Source of the DNA: an uncultured bacterium
GTDB taxonomy: Bacteria; Planctomycetota; UBA1135; GCA-002686595
NCBI GenBank assembly: GCA_943787795.1
Contig: CALSNU010000006.1
Span: 160,001 to 224,000 of the forward strand
DNA length: 64,000 nt
Reading direction: 5' to 3'
The position numbers and the translations under genes were made by a program. Numbering within the stretch: the stretch's first letter is position 1; each line of letters starts with the position of its first letter. Below, piece by piece: positions 36,890-46,869 of this stretch. The notes beneath the pieces are model-generated. The model searched no databases. It worked only from the letters and a program-made list of their open reading frames with translations, and had not been told where the DNA came from.

Positions 36890-39874
36890 TCATTGGAACG
36901 TCACCGCCACCGCGTCCGTGAAGTTGGATGTGGTCTGCCCGCCGACGGCGTCCCGGTACCAGAGCTGGTAGTTCCAGGTCTCGCCGGGTTGGACGGTGAC
37001 GAGGCCGGTGGGGGTGGGGTGGGTGTTGAGGTTGATGTCGAGGAGGATGCCGCCCGCGGCGCCGGAGCTCTTGATTTGCCCCGGGCCAACGAAGCGCCCC
37101 ACGCTGCCGGAGAGGCAGAGGGTTCCCTGGCTGTTGGGGACGTTGGGGGTGAAGCCCGAGGTCTGCGAGGTGATGAAGAAGCCGAAGGAGCTGGCGGGCA
37201 GGGCTCGGGCCGTGAGCGCGACGTTGTTGAGAGAGCTGGCCCCGTCACCGATCACGGTCAGCTCACCGGGGAGGCCCGTGGAGTTGGTCACCGCAGGGCT
37301 GCAGTAGGTGGACCCGATGGACTCGCAGGCGTCGAAGGTCCCGTTCCCGTTGAGGTCGAAGGTCGGGTCGCCGGCCAGCTGGCAGAGGTCAGGGACGCCG
37401 TCCCGGTCGCAGTCCGTCACCGTGCCGCTCGTGATGTCGCAGCCATCCGGGATGCCGTTAGCGTTGCAGTCCTCGGCCTGCGGGATGAAGAGCTGGTTGC
37501 GGTAGGTGAGCACCTGATCACCGGTCCAGACCGCGACGGCGAGGTCCGGGACTCCATCCGCATCGAGCCGGGCGGCGCAGACGAAGCTCGCGCGGTTCAG
37601 GCCGGCACCCACGGTGACCTTGGGGCCGAAGCTCGCCGCTCCGAGGTTCTCGAACCACGCCACCTCGCCTGCCGGGGTGGAGCCGAGTCCGTAGGCGGAG
37701 GCCGCGAGGTCCAGGTCGCCGTCGAGGTCCAGGTCCGACACCGTGAGGCTCGAGGCCCGCGGCAAGTCTGTCGAGACGATCTCAGCGGGGCCGAAGGTGA
37801 GGCTGCCCTGATTGGCGACGAAGCCGAGTGAGCCATCTGCGACGGAGGTGAAGGCGATGTCCAGCTGCCCATCACCGTCGAGGTCCGAGGCGCGGACGAA
37901 GCTGGGCTGGTTCACGGAGGCGACGAGGTGCTCCACCCAGCCAGCGCCGAGGCCCAGGTTCTCGAAGACGCGAACGGCATTGTCGTCGCGCGATGCAGCA
38001 AGCACGTCGAAGTCCCCGTCGCCGTCCACGTCGGCGGCGTCGACGCAGAGCACATGGTCCGCCGAGCTGGTGATGGTCTGCCGAACGCCGAAGGAGCCGC
38101 CTCCCAGGTTCGGGTACCACGCCACCGTGTCGTCGTTGAGTGAGCCTGCGATGACGTCCACGCTTCCATCTCCGTCGATGTCCGCATGTCGGACCGTGCG
38201 GGCGCCATCCAGGGCGGTATCCAGGGGCAGGCCGGGGCCGAATGACCCTCCAAGGTTCAGGTAGAGGCTGATCGTGTCGGCCGCGGACTCCGCGGTGACG
38301 AGATCCTCGTCCCCATCCCCATCGGCGTCGAACAGGGTCACCGAGAAGACCCCCGGCGCCTGGCTGGTGATCAGGGTCTCGCCTCCAAACTGGCCGGTGC
38401 CGTCGTTCGCGAACCAGTAGACGCTGCTTCCACTTCGTCCGGCGACGACGAGGTCCAGGTCACCGTCGAGATCGACATCAGCTTCTTCGACCGCCCAAGG
38501 TGCGCCAAGCGGCCCGGCGTTGATCTGCGCGGCGCTGCCGAAGCTCGATATGCCGGCGAGCTCGCAGCTGTCTGGCGTTCCGTTCCCGTTGCAGTCGGCT
38601 GCAAATCCGCTCGTGATGTCGCACTCATCGGGCAGGCTGTTGCCGTTGCAATCGAAGCTGGTGCCGTTGGCGATGTCGACGCTGTCCGCAACGCCGTTGC
38701 CGTTGCAGTCCAGGAGGAGATTCTCGTACCACGCGAGCCTGTCGTCGATGACGCTCGTCGACAGCACGTCTGCGTCCCCGTCCCCGTCCAGATCCGTGGC
38801 GAAGACCGTCACGGCCCCGGTCGCCACCGTCGTGATCACCTGCTGGGCGCCAAACACGCCTCCGCCCTGGTTCTCGTACCACGCGACCTTGTCGTCGTCG
38901 CGACTCGCCGACAGCACGTCCGCGTCCCCGTCCCCGTCCAGATCAGTGGCGTACACCGACCAGGCAGCGTCCGCGCCCTGGGTGATCACCTGCTGGGCGC
39001 CGAACACGCCCCCGCCCTGGTTCTCGTACCACGCAATCTTGTCGTCGCCAAAGCTCGCAGACAGCACGTCCGTGTCCCCGTCCCCGTCCAGGTCCGTGGC
39101 GTAGACCGAGATCGCACGGTCCGCGTCCGTCGTGATCACCCGCTCGGCGCCGAACACGCCTCCGCCCTGGTTCTCGTACCACGCGATCTTGTCGTCGTCG
39201 CGACTCGCAGACAGCACGTCGGCGTCCCCGTCCCCGTCAAGGTCGGTCGCGTAGACGGACTGGGCCGCGTCCGCGACCGTGGTGATCACCTGCTGGGGCC
39301 CGAAGGCGCCTCCGCCGAGGTTCTCGTACCACGCAATCTCGTCGTCGAAGCCGCTCGCGGACAGCGCGTCCGCGTCCCCGTCCCCGTCCAGATCGGCGGC
39401 GTAGACCGAGAGGGCAAAGTTCGCGCTCGTGGTGATCACCCGCTGGGGACCGAAGGCGCCCCCGCCCAGGTTCTCGTACCACGCGATCTTGTTGCTGGCG
39501 AAGCCCGCAAACAGGACATCCGCGTCTCCGTCCCCGTCCAGGTCGGTGGCGTAGACCGAGGTGGCGCCGCTGGAACTCTGCGTGAGCACCTGCTGGGGAC
39601 CAAAGGCGCCTCCGCCCAGGTTCTCGTGCCACGCGATCTTGCCGTCCAGGTAGCTCGCGGAGAGCACGTCCGCATCCCCGTCCCCGTCCAGGTCGGTGGC
39701 GTAGACCGAGAGGGGATCGTCTGCGCTCGTCGTGATGATCTGCTGTGGACCAAACGACTGGGGCGTCGAGACCGAGGCCAAGGCCACGGCGCCGATGCCG
39801 GACAGCGCGGCCTTCAACAGGCTCGGAGATCCCAGGCCGGGTGGAGAATCGGGGGACGGGTACACAAACGCCAT
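36890..39874 (-). CDS. secreted FG-GAP/VCBS repeat protein (two 7-bladed propellers, DCNGNG repeats, conserved C-terminal domain)
   Basis: Seven copies of the ATDLDGDGDADVL...AWYEN unit, DCNGNGxPDxCD repeats, seven further DxDxDG blades, C-terminal YCSPAVTNSTG...WYRD...SNFTDAVAVTFQ. Confidence 0.9.
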   Translation of the reverse strand: MAFVYPSPDSPPGLGSPSLLKAALSGIGAVALASVSTPQSFGPQQIITTSADDPLSVYATDLDGDGDADVLSASYLDGKIAWHENLGGGAFGPQQVLTQSSSGATSVYATDLDGDGDADVLFAGFASNKIAWYENLGGGAFGPQRVITTSANFALSVYAADLDGDGDADALSASGFDDEIAWYENLGGGAFGPQQVITTVADAAQSVYATDLDGDGDADVLSASRDDDKIAWYENQGGGVFGAERVITTDADRAISVYATDLDGDGDTDVLSASFGDDKIAWYENQGGGVFGAQQVITQGADAAWSVYATDLDGDGDADVLSASRDDDKVAWYENQGGGVFGAQQVITTVATGAVTVFATDLDGDGDADVLSTSVIDDRLAWYENLLLDCNGNGVADSVDIANGTSFDCNGNSLPDECDITSGFAADCNGNGTPDSCELAGISSFGSAAQINAGPLGAPWAVEEADVDLDGDLDLVVAGRSGSSVYWFANDGTGQFGGETLITSQAPGVFSVTLFDADGDGDEDLVTAESAADTISLYLNLGGSFGPGLPLDTALDGARTVRHADIDGDGSVDVIAGSLNDDTVAWYPNLGGGSFGVRQTITSSADHVLCVDAADVDGDGDFDVLAASRDDNAVRVFENLGLGAGWVEHLVASVNQPSFVRASDLDGDGQLDIAFTSVADGSLGFVANQGSLTFGPAEIVSTDLPRASSLTVSDLDLDGDLDLAASAYGLGSTPAGEVAWFENLGAASFGPKVTVGAGLNRASFVCAARLDADGVPDLAVAVWTGDQVLTYRNQLFIPQAEDCNANGIPDGCDITSGTVTDCDRDGVPDLCQLAGDPTFDLNGNGTFDACESIGSTYCSPAVTNSTGLPGELTVIGDGASSLNNVALTARALPASSFGFFITSQTSGFTPNVPNSQGTLCLSGSVGRFVGPGQIKSSGAAGGILLDINLNTHPTPTGLVTVQPGETWNYQLWYRDAVGGQTTSNFTDAVAVTFQ
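38715..39745 (-). repeat. seven intragenic 150-bp tandem repeats
   Basis: TCCCCGTCCCCGTCCA-like and TTCTCGTACCACGC-like blocks recur with a 150-bp period. Confidence 0.9.
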
Positions 39875-40823
39875 ACTTTGAGCGTAGCACCGGGCCCTGC
39901 TCCAGCGGCGAGAGGGGCGAGTTCTGGGCCATCCAGTACGCACGAGCCAGGCCCAAGCCCCATGGAGCGCCTTGGTTCAGCCCTACCGTCGAGCCCAGAC
40001 TCCGTTTCGGGACAGTCCCCCCCCCGTCGCGCTTCGCTCAAGGCCGCTGGCGCCCTCCGGCGATCGCTGCTCCATGCTGGATCGATGCGAATCGCACACC
40101 GCTGGCAACGACCAACGGATGCGGTAGCCATCCCGCTGGAGGGTTCCCCGACCCGCCGGGGGAAGGCGGCGCCGTCCATCGGCGCCGCTCTCTCGAGCCC
40201 AGAGGTCTCGGCACGAAGATGGCGATCTTCCGGCTCAACGGGGCCAGCTACCGGCTCAATGGAGCCAGAGCGCGAGGCGACCGGATAGAGCCACCGGCCT
40301 GATGAGAAGGCCCCGACTTGGAGGGCTCAGGTCAGGCTACGGTGAACCGATTCACCGGCTTGACGGCTCGAGCTGCGATCCAGGAGGCCTCAGCCCTCCT
40401 GCACTCGGGAGGAGCCCTTGGGAGAGGAGCTCCGAAAAGACTCGGACGTCCCTCGAGCAGTCGGCTGATAGGAACAGGCAAGATCGGCAAGGCTGCCCCT
40501 GACGCTTTCGGTGATCATGGGCCAGGCCACGAGCAGGCGTTGAAGGTCCTGATCAAGGTGGGTGGCTGCATCGGAAGGCAGACGGCCACCGGCACCATCC
40601 GCCCCCAAGGCCCGGAGGATGGCGGAAGTGCCGATGCCGGAGCTCTGCTTTCCGCTGGGGCGCCCAGCTTGCCCAGGCGACGGGCCAGACTCCCATTGAC
40701 CCAGGCCCAACCTGCTGCCGGCCCGCTTACCCACCCCGCGGGGCTGAGTGCACCGTCCTTCGGCCTGGTCGGGTCAAGGCGAGCCGCCGCCTCGAAACAT
40801 CCCGGCGCGGCTCGGGGGACACC

Positions 40824-43799
40824 TCAGGGGGTGCGCGTCTTGGCATCCGGCCCCTGCTCTTCGCTCGCCTTGGGCGCGAGGAACTCCTCAAGGGTGGCCT
40901 GAAGGTCATCGAGCCGGATCGGCTTGGCCAGGAAGCCGTTCATGCCGGCGCCCTCGCAAGCCTCTCGGGATTCGACCAGGACGTTGGCGGTCACGGCGAT
41001 GATGGGGGACTCATAGCCTCCGTCGCGCAAGATCCGCGTCGCCGTGAGGCCGTCCATCACCGGCATCTGGCAGTCCATCAAGACCAGCTGGAAGCTGCGC
41101 TGCTTGAGGATCTCCACGGCCTGCGCGCCGTTTGACGCGAGTTCAAACTGCACCCTAAGGCGGGAGAGCATGGCGGACATCACCCGTTGATTGACGAGGT
41201 TGTCTTCCACGAGCAACACCTCCCCTGAGAACCCGACCAGTGAGAGTCCGCTGGCACGCTCCCTCTCCCTGGCGAGAAGCGCCGCAGCGAGTTCACGTCG
41301 CGTGACCGGAGCCGCGAGGGCGCTGCCCTCAATAGAGCCGGCGTTCTCGCTGAGCCAGGCCCACTCCGTGATCACCACACGACGGTTCGGGATTCCGTCG
41401 AGCGTGGAGAGCGTTCGAACCAGGGTCGGGCCGCGGTTGATCACAACCACCGGGGCCTCGGGGGCCTCCTGGGGCGAGGAGACCTCGCTGGCGCCGAGGG
41501 CTTCCAGGTACCCCCGGGCGACACCCTGGTTCTCGGTCAGATCGCCCCGAAGGACGAACCTCATGCCCGTGAGTTGAGGGAGGGTCGTCGGTTGACCGCC
41601 GCTGGGCAGGTCGAGCTCTGCGATGAACGCCGCGCCCCTTCCGCGTCGACTCCGCACCTCGATGGAGCCGCCCATCAGCGCCACGAGCTCACGGCAGATC
41701 GACAGGCCCAACCCGGTGCCCCCGAAGCTGCGGGTGGTGGAGTCGTCGGCTTGTTGGAAGGGGGCAAAGAGCTTGGGAAGCGCCTCCTCGGCGATCCCCA
41801 TCCCGGTGTCCGTGACCTCGAGGCGGAGGCCCACGCGCCCTGCTGGGGCGCTAATGCTGGACAGCCGGAGGCCGACGTGTCCCTGCTCCGTGAACTTGAT
41901 GGCGTTCCCGACCAGGTTGACCACCACCTGCTTGAGCCGAGTCGGATCGCCCAGGACTGCCGCCCCGCCAATGGGCACCTCACAGGTGAGCTCGATCTCC
42001 CTCCGATAGGCCGCGTGGGCCATGAGCCGCGCGCAGTCCTCGACCAGCTGAGCAGCGTCGAAGGAAAGGCTCTCGAGGACGATCTTGCCCGCCTCGGCCT
42101 TCGAGAAGACGAGCACATCGTCGAGGATCTCGAGGAGGTGCTCTGCCGCCGAGACGGCTGTGGTGAGGTTCTCCTGCTGCGATGAGCTGAGCTGGTCCAG
42201 CTGCAGGAGCTGGAGCATGCCGAGGACCCCATTCATCGGGGTCCGAAGCTCGTGACTCATGTTCGCGAGGAACGCCGACTTCGCGCGCTGGGCCTCTCGC
42301 GCCGCCATCATGGCCTTGCGCGTCTCCTCCTCGACGCGCTTGCGCTCGGTGATGTCCCCGACGACCCAAAGGACAAAGTGAGAGGCCTCCGCCTCATCGC
42401 CCACGGGGGTCCGCGCGAGCTCGACGGAGATCGTGGAGCCGTCGCTCCTACGCGCGTCGACTTCGAGCTTGCGACCGTCGCCGGGTCCCGTCTGCCCGGC
42501 GGGGACGGCGACCCAATCGCTGAAGAGGCGCCCGACCACGGCCGGACCCTCCAGGTTGAACATGCGCAGGAAGGCCGGGTTCGCGTCCATGACGCGGCCC
42601 TGGCGGTCGACGCTGACGATGCCGTCGATGACGTTCTCCAGGATGGCCCTCTGGAGCTGATTCTTGCGATCAAGGGCCGCCTTCTCCGCGAGAGCTTCGA
42701 CGAGCGCAGCGACCTGCGGGGCGACCCCGCTGACCGCCCCGAGGTCCTCATCCACGAATGCCTCGCTATCCCGGACCAGGATCAGGTTCCCGAACTCCAG
42801 CTCACCCTGCCGGAGCGGAATCCATGCAAACCAGCGCCCATCATGAGGCTCCAGCGAGGCCGCCCCGTTGGGGGCGAGGTGGGGAGGCCTGGGGGGCGCG
42901 GCTGTGCAGACTGCACAGCCGTCATGGTCCGCGTGCTTGAGGCAAACGGCGTCGCTCGAGGTGAGCTGGACCACGGTGGCCAGGAACGCCTGGTAGACCT
43001 CCGCTTCCCCGTACCCCAGCAGGTGGAGCTGCTGCGCGCGCGAGAGCGCTTCGAGTAGCTGCACGGTCTGCGCCTGACGCGACCGGGCGAGACCGAGCCG
43101 CTCCGCCATCGAGTTGAAGCTGGCGGCCACCCTCCCGATCTCGTCGTCCCTGTTCACCGGGACACGCGCCATGAAATCCCCGCTGGCCACGGTATCCACC
43201 GCTTCCTCCAGCCCCCGCAGCCGCCTCGTCAGGAGCGTCCCCAGGATGAAGCTGAACAGCGCAACCAGCGCCATCTCGAAGGCGACGATCTCCGTGGCGC
43301 GACGCTTGGCGGCGGAGACGATCTCGAAGGTCTGGGAGGTGTCGAGGCCGATCTCTACCCGTCCAAACGGCTCGCCAGCCACGCGAATCTGGCCGGCCGC
43401 GTCGAACACCCCGTCCTCAAGCGTGTCCGCGAGTGAGGTGTCAGGGGTGCGGGCGCCGAGCTCAATCGAGCTGCTGTGCGCGACGGACGCGAGCAAGCGG
43501 CCTCGGGCGTCGAGGACGCGCACGTAGAGCAGTGAGGTGTCCTTGAGCGCCGTCTCTGCGGTGTCATTGATGGTCGCCAGGTCCTCCTTGAGGACGGCCT
43601 CCTTGAAGGTGGAGGAGAGGAGTCGAACGGCGGTCTCCGCCCGGATTCGGATCTCCTGCTCCTGGGCCTGCTCGATGTATCGAACGCCCGTGACCACAAG
43701 AATCAGGAGCACCACCCCCTCGATCAGCGCGATCCCCAGGATCGTCCGCGCGCGGAGAGAGAGGCTTCGCGTCCGACGCGGCTGGGGGGCCCTGGTCAT
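40824..43799 (-). CDS. hybrid sensor histidine kinase (TM, periplasmic sensor, HAMP, GAF-like, PAS, HisKA, HATPase, REC)
   Basis: DEIGRVAASFNSM HAMP, FLANMSHELRTPMNG H-box, NLVGNAIKFT, DTGMGI, GGTGLGLSI, LLVEDN...LMDCQMPVMDG. Confidence 0.95.
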   Translation of the reverse strand: MTRAPQPRRTRSLSLRARTILGIALIEGVVLLILVVTGVRYIEQAQEQEIRIRAETAVRLLSSTFKEAVLKEDLATINDTAETALKDTSLLYVRVLDARGRLLASVAHSSSIELGARTPDTSLADTLEDGVFDAAGQIRVAGEPFGRVEIGLDTSQTFEIVSAAKRRATEIVAFEMALVALFSFILGTLLTRRLRGLEEAVDTVASGDFMARVPVNRDDEIGRVAASFNSMAERLGLARSRQAQTVQLLEALSRAQQLHLLGYGEAEVYQAFLATVVQLTSSDAVCLKHADHDGCAVCTAAPPRPPHLAPNGAASLEPHDGRWFAWIPLRQGELEFGNLILVRDSEAFVDEDLGAVSGVAPQVAALVEALAEKAALDRKNQLQRAILENVIDGIVSVDRQGRVMDANPAFLRMFNLEGPAVVGRLFSDWVAVPAGQTGPGDGRKLEVDARRSDGSTISVELARTPVGDEAEASHFVLWVVGDITERKRVEEETRKAMMAAREAQRAKSAFLANMSHELRTPMNGVLGMLQLLQLDQLSSSQQENLTTAVSAAEHLLEILDDVLVFSKAEAGKIVLESLSFDAAQLVEDCARLMAHAAYRREIELTCEVPIGGAAVLGDPTRLKQVVVNLVGNAIKFTEQGHVGLRLSSISAPAGRVGLRLEVTDTGMGIAEEALPKLFAPFQQADDSTTRSFGGTGLGLSICRELVALMGGSIEVRSRRGRGAAFIAELDLPSGGQPTTLPQLTGMRFVLRGDLTENQGVARGYLEALGASEVSSPQEAPEAPVVVINRGPTLVRTLSTLDGIPNRRVVITEWAWLSENAGSIEGSALAAPVTRRELAAALLARERERASGLSLVGFSGEVLLVEDNLVNQRVMSAMLSRLRVQFELASNGAQAVEILKQRSFQLVLMDCQMPVMDGLTATRILRDGGYESPIIAVTANVLVESREACEGAGMNGFLAKPIRLDDLQATLEEFLAPKASEEQGPDAKTRTP

Positions 43800-43810
43800 G
43801 GCGGCGTCCC

Positions 43811-44752
43811 TCAGAGCTCCTCGAGCCCAAGTGCGCGGACGTCGTCCCAGTCGGCGTCCTCGCCGCGCTCGAAGCCCTTGAGGCGAATGGGCTCAAGCAG
43901 GCTCATGCCCTCGGGCGTCTCGTGCAGCATCGCCAGCGCCGCCTGGACGGCTGCGACCACCTCAGCGGGGACGCGGGAGTGCGCTGCAATGGCGTGGGGC
44001 GTGAAGCCCTCACTGGTCCAGATGATCTGAAGCTGGTCTGAGACCTCGGGCGGCATCGCGTTGAACGTGCGAACCACGCCGCCGCCTGCAGGGATCGTCC
44101 CGGAGGCGACGTTGCGGTAGACCGAGTCGTGGGAGCTGACAAACTTCGGGCGGTACGTGAGGTCCGCCGCGCCCAACTCGGCGCGCGGTAGCAGCGTCGC
44201 CGCGAACGCCGCGGGCGCTGGGAAGGCCACATCCAAGCCATCGAGGTCTCCGATGGTCTGGATCTCGCTATCTACGCGCGCCACCAGGACCCCCTTGATG
44301 CGCTTGTCCTTGGCCCGGGCGAGGGCCTGGTACTCCGCGGTCTCATGAAACACCACGTAGTGGTAGGGGTTCATGTAGGCAAAGTCAGGCTCCCCCCTGC
44401 GGAGGCTGCCCTCGAACTCCGGGATGTCCTTCTTGGTCCGGAACCGCAACTCGACCCCTGACGCCTCCGAGACGGCCTTGAGCAAGGGGACCCACTGCTC
44501 TGCGGACTTCGACGCTGACTGCTGGGGCACCACGCTGAAGGTGTACTCCTCCACGTCAGCCACGGCGGCGTCCGCGGCGTTCTCCAGTGCTCGAGAGCTT
44601 GCGGGGTCCTTCTCCGCTGCCGGCGAGGGATCCTCGGGCCGGGAAGCTCGGTCTTCACCCGAAGCGGCGCTCCCCGGGGCCGCCGCTTCATGGCAGCCCA
44701 GGGACCACCCAGAGATCAGGATCAGCGTCGGGAGCAGAGCGCGAGGGAGCAT
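43811..44752 (-). CDS. phosphate/phosphite/phosphonate-type substrate-binding lipoprotein (PhnD-like)
   Basis: Lipobox-like SLGC; FSVVPQ, DFAYMNPYHYV, AFPAPAAFAA and SHDSVY. Confidence 0.85.
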   Translation of the reverse strand: MLPRALLPTLILISGWSLGCHEAAAPGSAASGEDRASRPEDPSPAAEKDPASSRALENAADAAVADVEEYTFSVVPQQSASKSAEQWVPLLKAVSEASGVELRFRTKKDIPEFEGSLRRGEPDFAYMNPYHYVVFHETAEYQALARAKDKRIKGVLVARVDSEIQTIGDLDGLDVAFPAPAAFAATLLPRAELGAADLTYRPKFVSSHDSVYRNVASGTIPAGGGVVRTFNAMPPEVSDQLQIIWTSEGFTPHAIAAHSRVPAEVVAAVQAALAMLHETPEGMSLLEPIRLKGFERGEDADWDDVRALGLEEL

Positions 44753-45049
44753 GGCTTTCAGGGCAGGGCAGGGCAGAGGAGGAGCAGTATGGGAGGCAGG
44801 CATGGACCGCCCGATGCAGCAGAGCAGCACGCATGCAGGCGTTCGGCGGGGTCGAAGGCCTTGACGCGCCGCCTTGGCCGCAGCGGGCGATCAAGACGCC
44901 GGACCGCAAGTTCGTCAGGACCACGGTCCATTGGAACGCGTGAAGCCGGTCACAACACCATGCCTGACTCCAGGGCTCGGCCTGCACGCGGAGAGTGGTT
45001 CGGGGGGAAACCCCTATCGACCGACCCACGCCGCGCTTCACGCACTGCC

Positions 45050-45475
45050 TTACTTCGACTCACTGACCAAGCAACGAGCGATTGAACCCTCGATGTTCAC
45101 GGAGATGGTCACCCGACGCCCTTCGGAGCCGACGCGCCAGGCGGTGAGGATACGATCCGACGCCGAGGCGTTGCTTCCAAGACGCTGCCCCGGCGCATAG
45201 TCCACCGCTTCGGCCAACGCAGGGTCTTCCCCATGGGCCGCCAGCGCCTCACGACAGATCCGCTCGATGGCAGGCAGCGACCACTCCCCGGTCGAGGACC
45301 TCACATCGAGCGCAGGCACATCGAACTGCGTCGAGGTGTCGAGGACTCGGACCAAGGTCAGGGCCCCGACTGCGGCAAAGAGGGCCGCCCAGATGAGCTT
45401 GAGCGCCGTCGAGAACCCCCGAAGCTGGAGTCCATCGGCCGTATCGGCCGCCGCGGTGCGTGCGTCTTCGTCCAT
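45050..45475 (-). CDS. hypothetical single-TM protein
   Basis: 141-aa ORF with the hydrophobic segment LIWAALFAAVGALTLV. Confidence 0.5.
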   Translation of the reverse strand: MDEDARTAAADTADGLQLRGFSTALKLIWAALFAAVGALTLVRVLDTSTQFDVPALDVRSSTGEWSLPAIERICREALAAHGEDPALAEAVDYAPGQRLGSNASASDRILTAWRVGSEGRRVTISVNIEGSIARCLVSESK

Positions 45476-45681
45476 ATACGCAGGCTAGCCTCCACAAGCC
45501 CGATTCGTTCAGCCGTCCTCCCGGGTCCTCTCTGATTTCAGCTCCTGATCGGCCCGGGACGCCCGGCAGGCGCCGCGCAGCGCCACCTCTACCCAGAATG
45601 GGCCTCAGAATCTGCCCCGCTCTACCGGGATCCGGGCGTGGGCGTTGAACCGGGACGATGGGTGGAGGACACTCCGATCCC

Positions 45682-46869
45682 ATGCGCCGCGCCCCACTGA
45701 TTGCCCTCCTCGTCGCCGCTGGCTTCGCCGGCTGTCGCGGAACCTCTGTCGCCACGCAGAACCTCGACGCCGTCCTGAGCTCCAGCGACAGCTTCCGCTA
45801 CCGGGGAGCGACCACCAACCGTTGGAAGGACCTGATGGTCACGGGGCTGAATTCTGTGCGCTCGGTGATGAGCGCCGAGAACCGCCCGCAGACCGAGCAG
45901 AGCATTCCGAACCCGACGGAATTCGCCTACGAGAACCTCGTCGACCTCGGCGCCTCGACCCAGGGGCCTACGGCATGGAGGCACAACGAACAGGTTCGGG
46001 TTCTCGCTCGCTACGCGGTGTACGCGCCAAGCCAACTGTGCCGCGAGCTCGCTGTGCGTCAGCTCGCCTCGCACGCAGAGCGCCTTGGACTCTCCGGCCC
46101 GTTCGTCCCCCCGAGCGAGGCAGCCAGCCCGGCCGAGCTCATCGAGGCGGTTGACGGGCTGCGGGACACGCTCCGAAGCGTCTCGCGCCGCCGCATGGAC
46201 GAGACCGCGCGCGCCGATTTTGCCGCGGCGCTCTTCCTTGCGGGGGAGCTGGATGTCGACGTTCAGGGAGGCGCCAGACTGCTCGGCGCGCTGAGCCCGT
46301 TCCTTCGCGGTCGTCTGATCCGTGGAGAGCAAAGGGCCCAGGTTGCCGAACTCTCGCGGCGAGTGCAGGAGCGGATGACGGCGGAGGCGCTCTGGAGCGG
46401 TGCGCGTGATGTCTCGCCGCTCGTACGGGCCGCAGCGCTGCGGGTCGGGATGACAACCTACGGCGACCCGTACCGTATCGAGGCCCTGCTCACCCTTGAC
46501 CCGTCCAACGACATCGCACCATGGATCATCGAGGAGTACAGCGGCTATCAGCTCCCGCCTGCGCTCCCCGGCGACGCTCCGGTCTACGTCGCCATCGCCG
46601 AGGCCTTCGAAGAGGCGGGCGTCCCGCTGGCTGCCCGGCGCGAGACCCGCAAGGGACTGGAGCTGCGGGCCACGCTCGCGACGGCACTCCTGCGGGTCGC
46701 CGTGGCCGACAATGCCTTCGGGATTCGTGCCCAGCACGCCGCCATGAATGCGCTCAGCGCCCTGAGCTCAGGTGAGCTGGTGAGCCTTCGGTCCGAGGAG
46801 TGGCTGGTCTGGGGCGAAGAGGCAATGAGCCATCTTGGCGAGCAGATGCAAGCTGATGGGAACGACTGA
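45682..46869 (+). CDS. hypothetical lipoprotein, helical/HEAT-like
   Basis: MRRAPLIALLVAAGFAGC lipobox; DVSPLVRAAAL HEAT-like motif. Confidence 0.75.
   Translation: MRRAPLIALLVAAGFAGCRGTSVATQNLDAVLSSSDSFRYRGATTNRWKDLMVTGLNSVRSVMSAENRPQTEQSIPNPTEFAYENLVDLGASTQGPTAWRHNEQVRVLARYAVYAPSQLCRELAVRQLASHAERLGLSGPFVPPSEAASPAELIEAVDGLRDTLRSVSRRRMDETARADFAAALFLAGELDVDVQGGARLLGALSPFLRGRLIRGEQRAQVAELSRRVQERMTAEALWSGARDVSPLVRAAALRVGMTTYGDPYRIEALLTLDPSNDIAPWIIEEYSGYQLPPALPGDAPVYVAIAEAFEEAGVPLAARRETRKGLELRATLATALLRVAVADNAFGIRAQHAAMNALSALSSGELVSLRSEEWLVWGEEAMSHLGEQMQADGND

Noticed and set aside
39838..39860. GGTGGAGAATCGGGGGAC as a possible inverted ssrA att fragment
   Set aside because: The similarity to the tmRNA 3' end is short and mismatched, the orientation is wrong for attR, and it lies inside a probable coding start.
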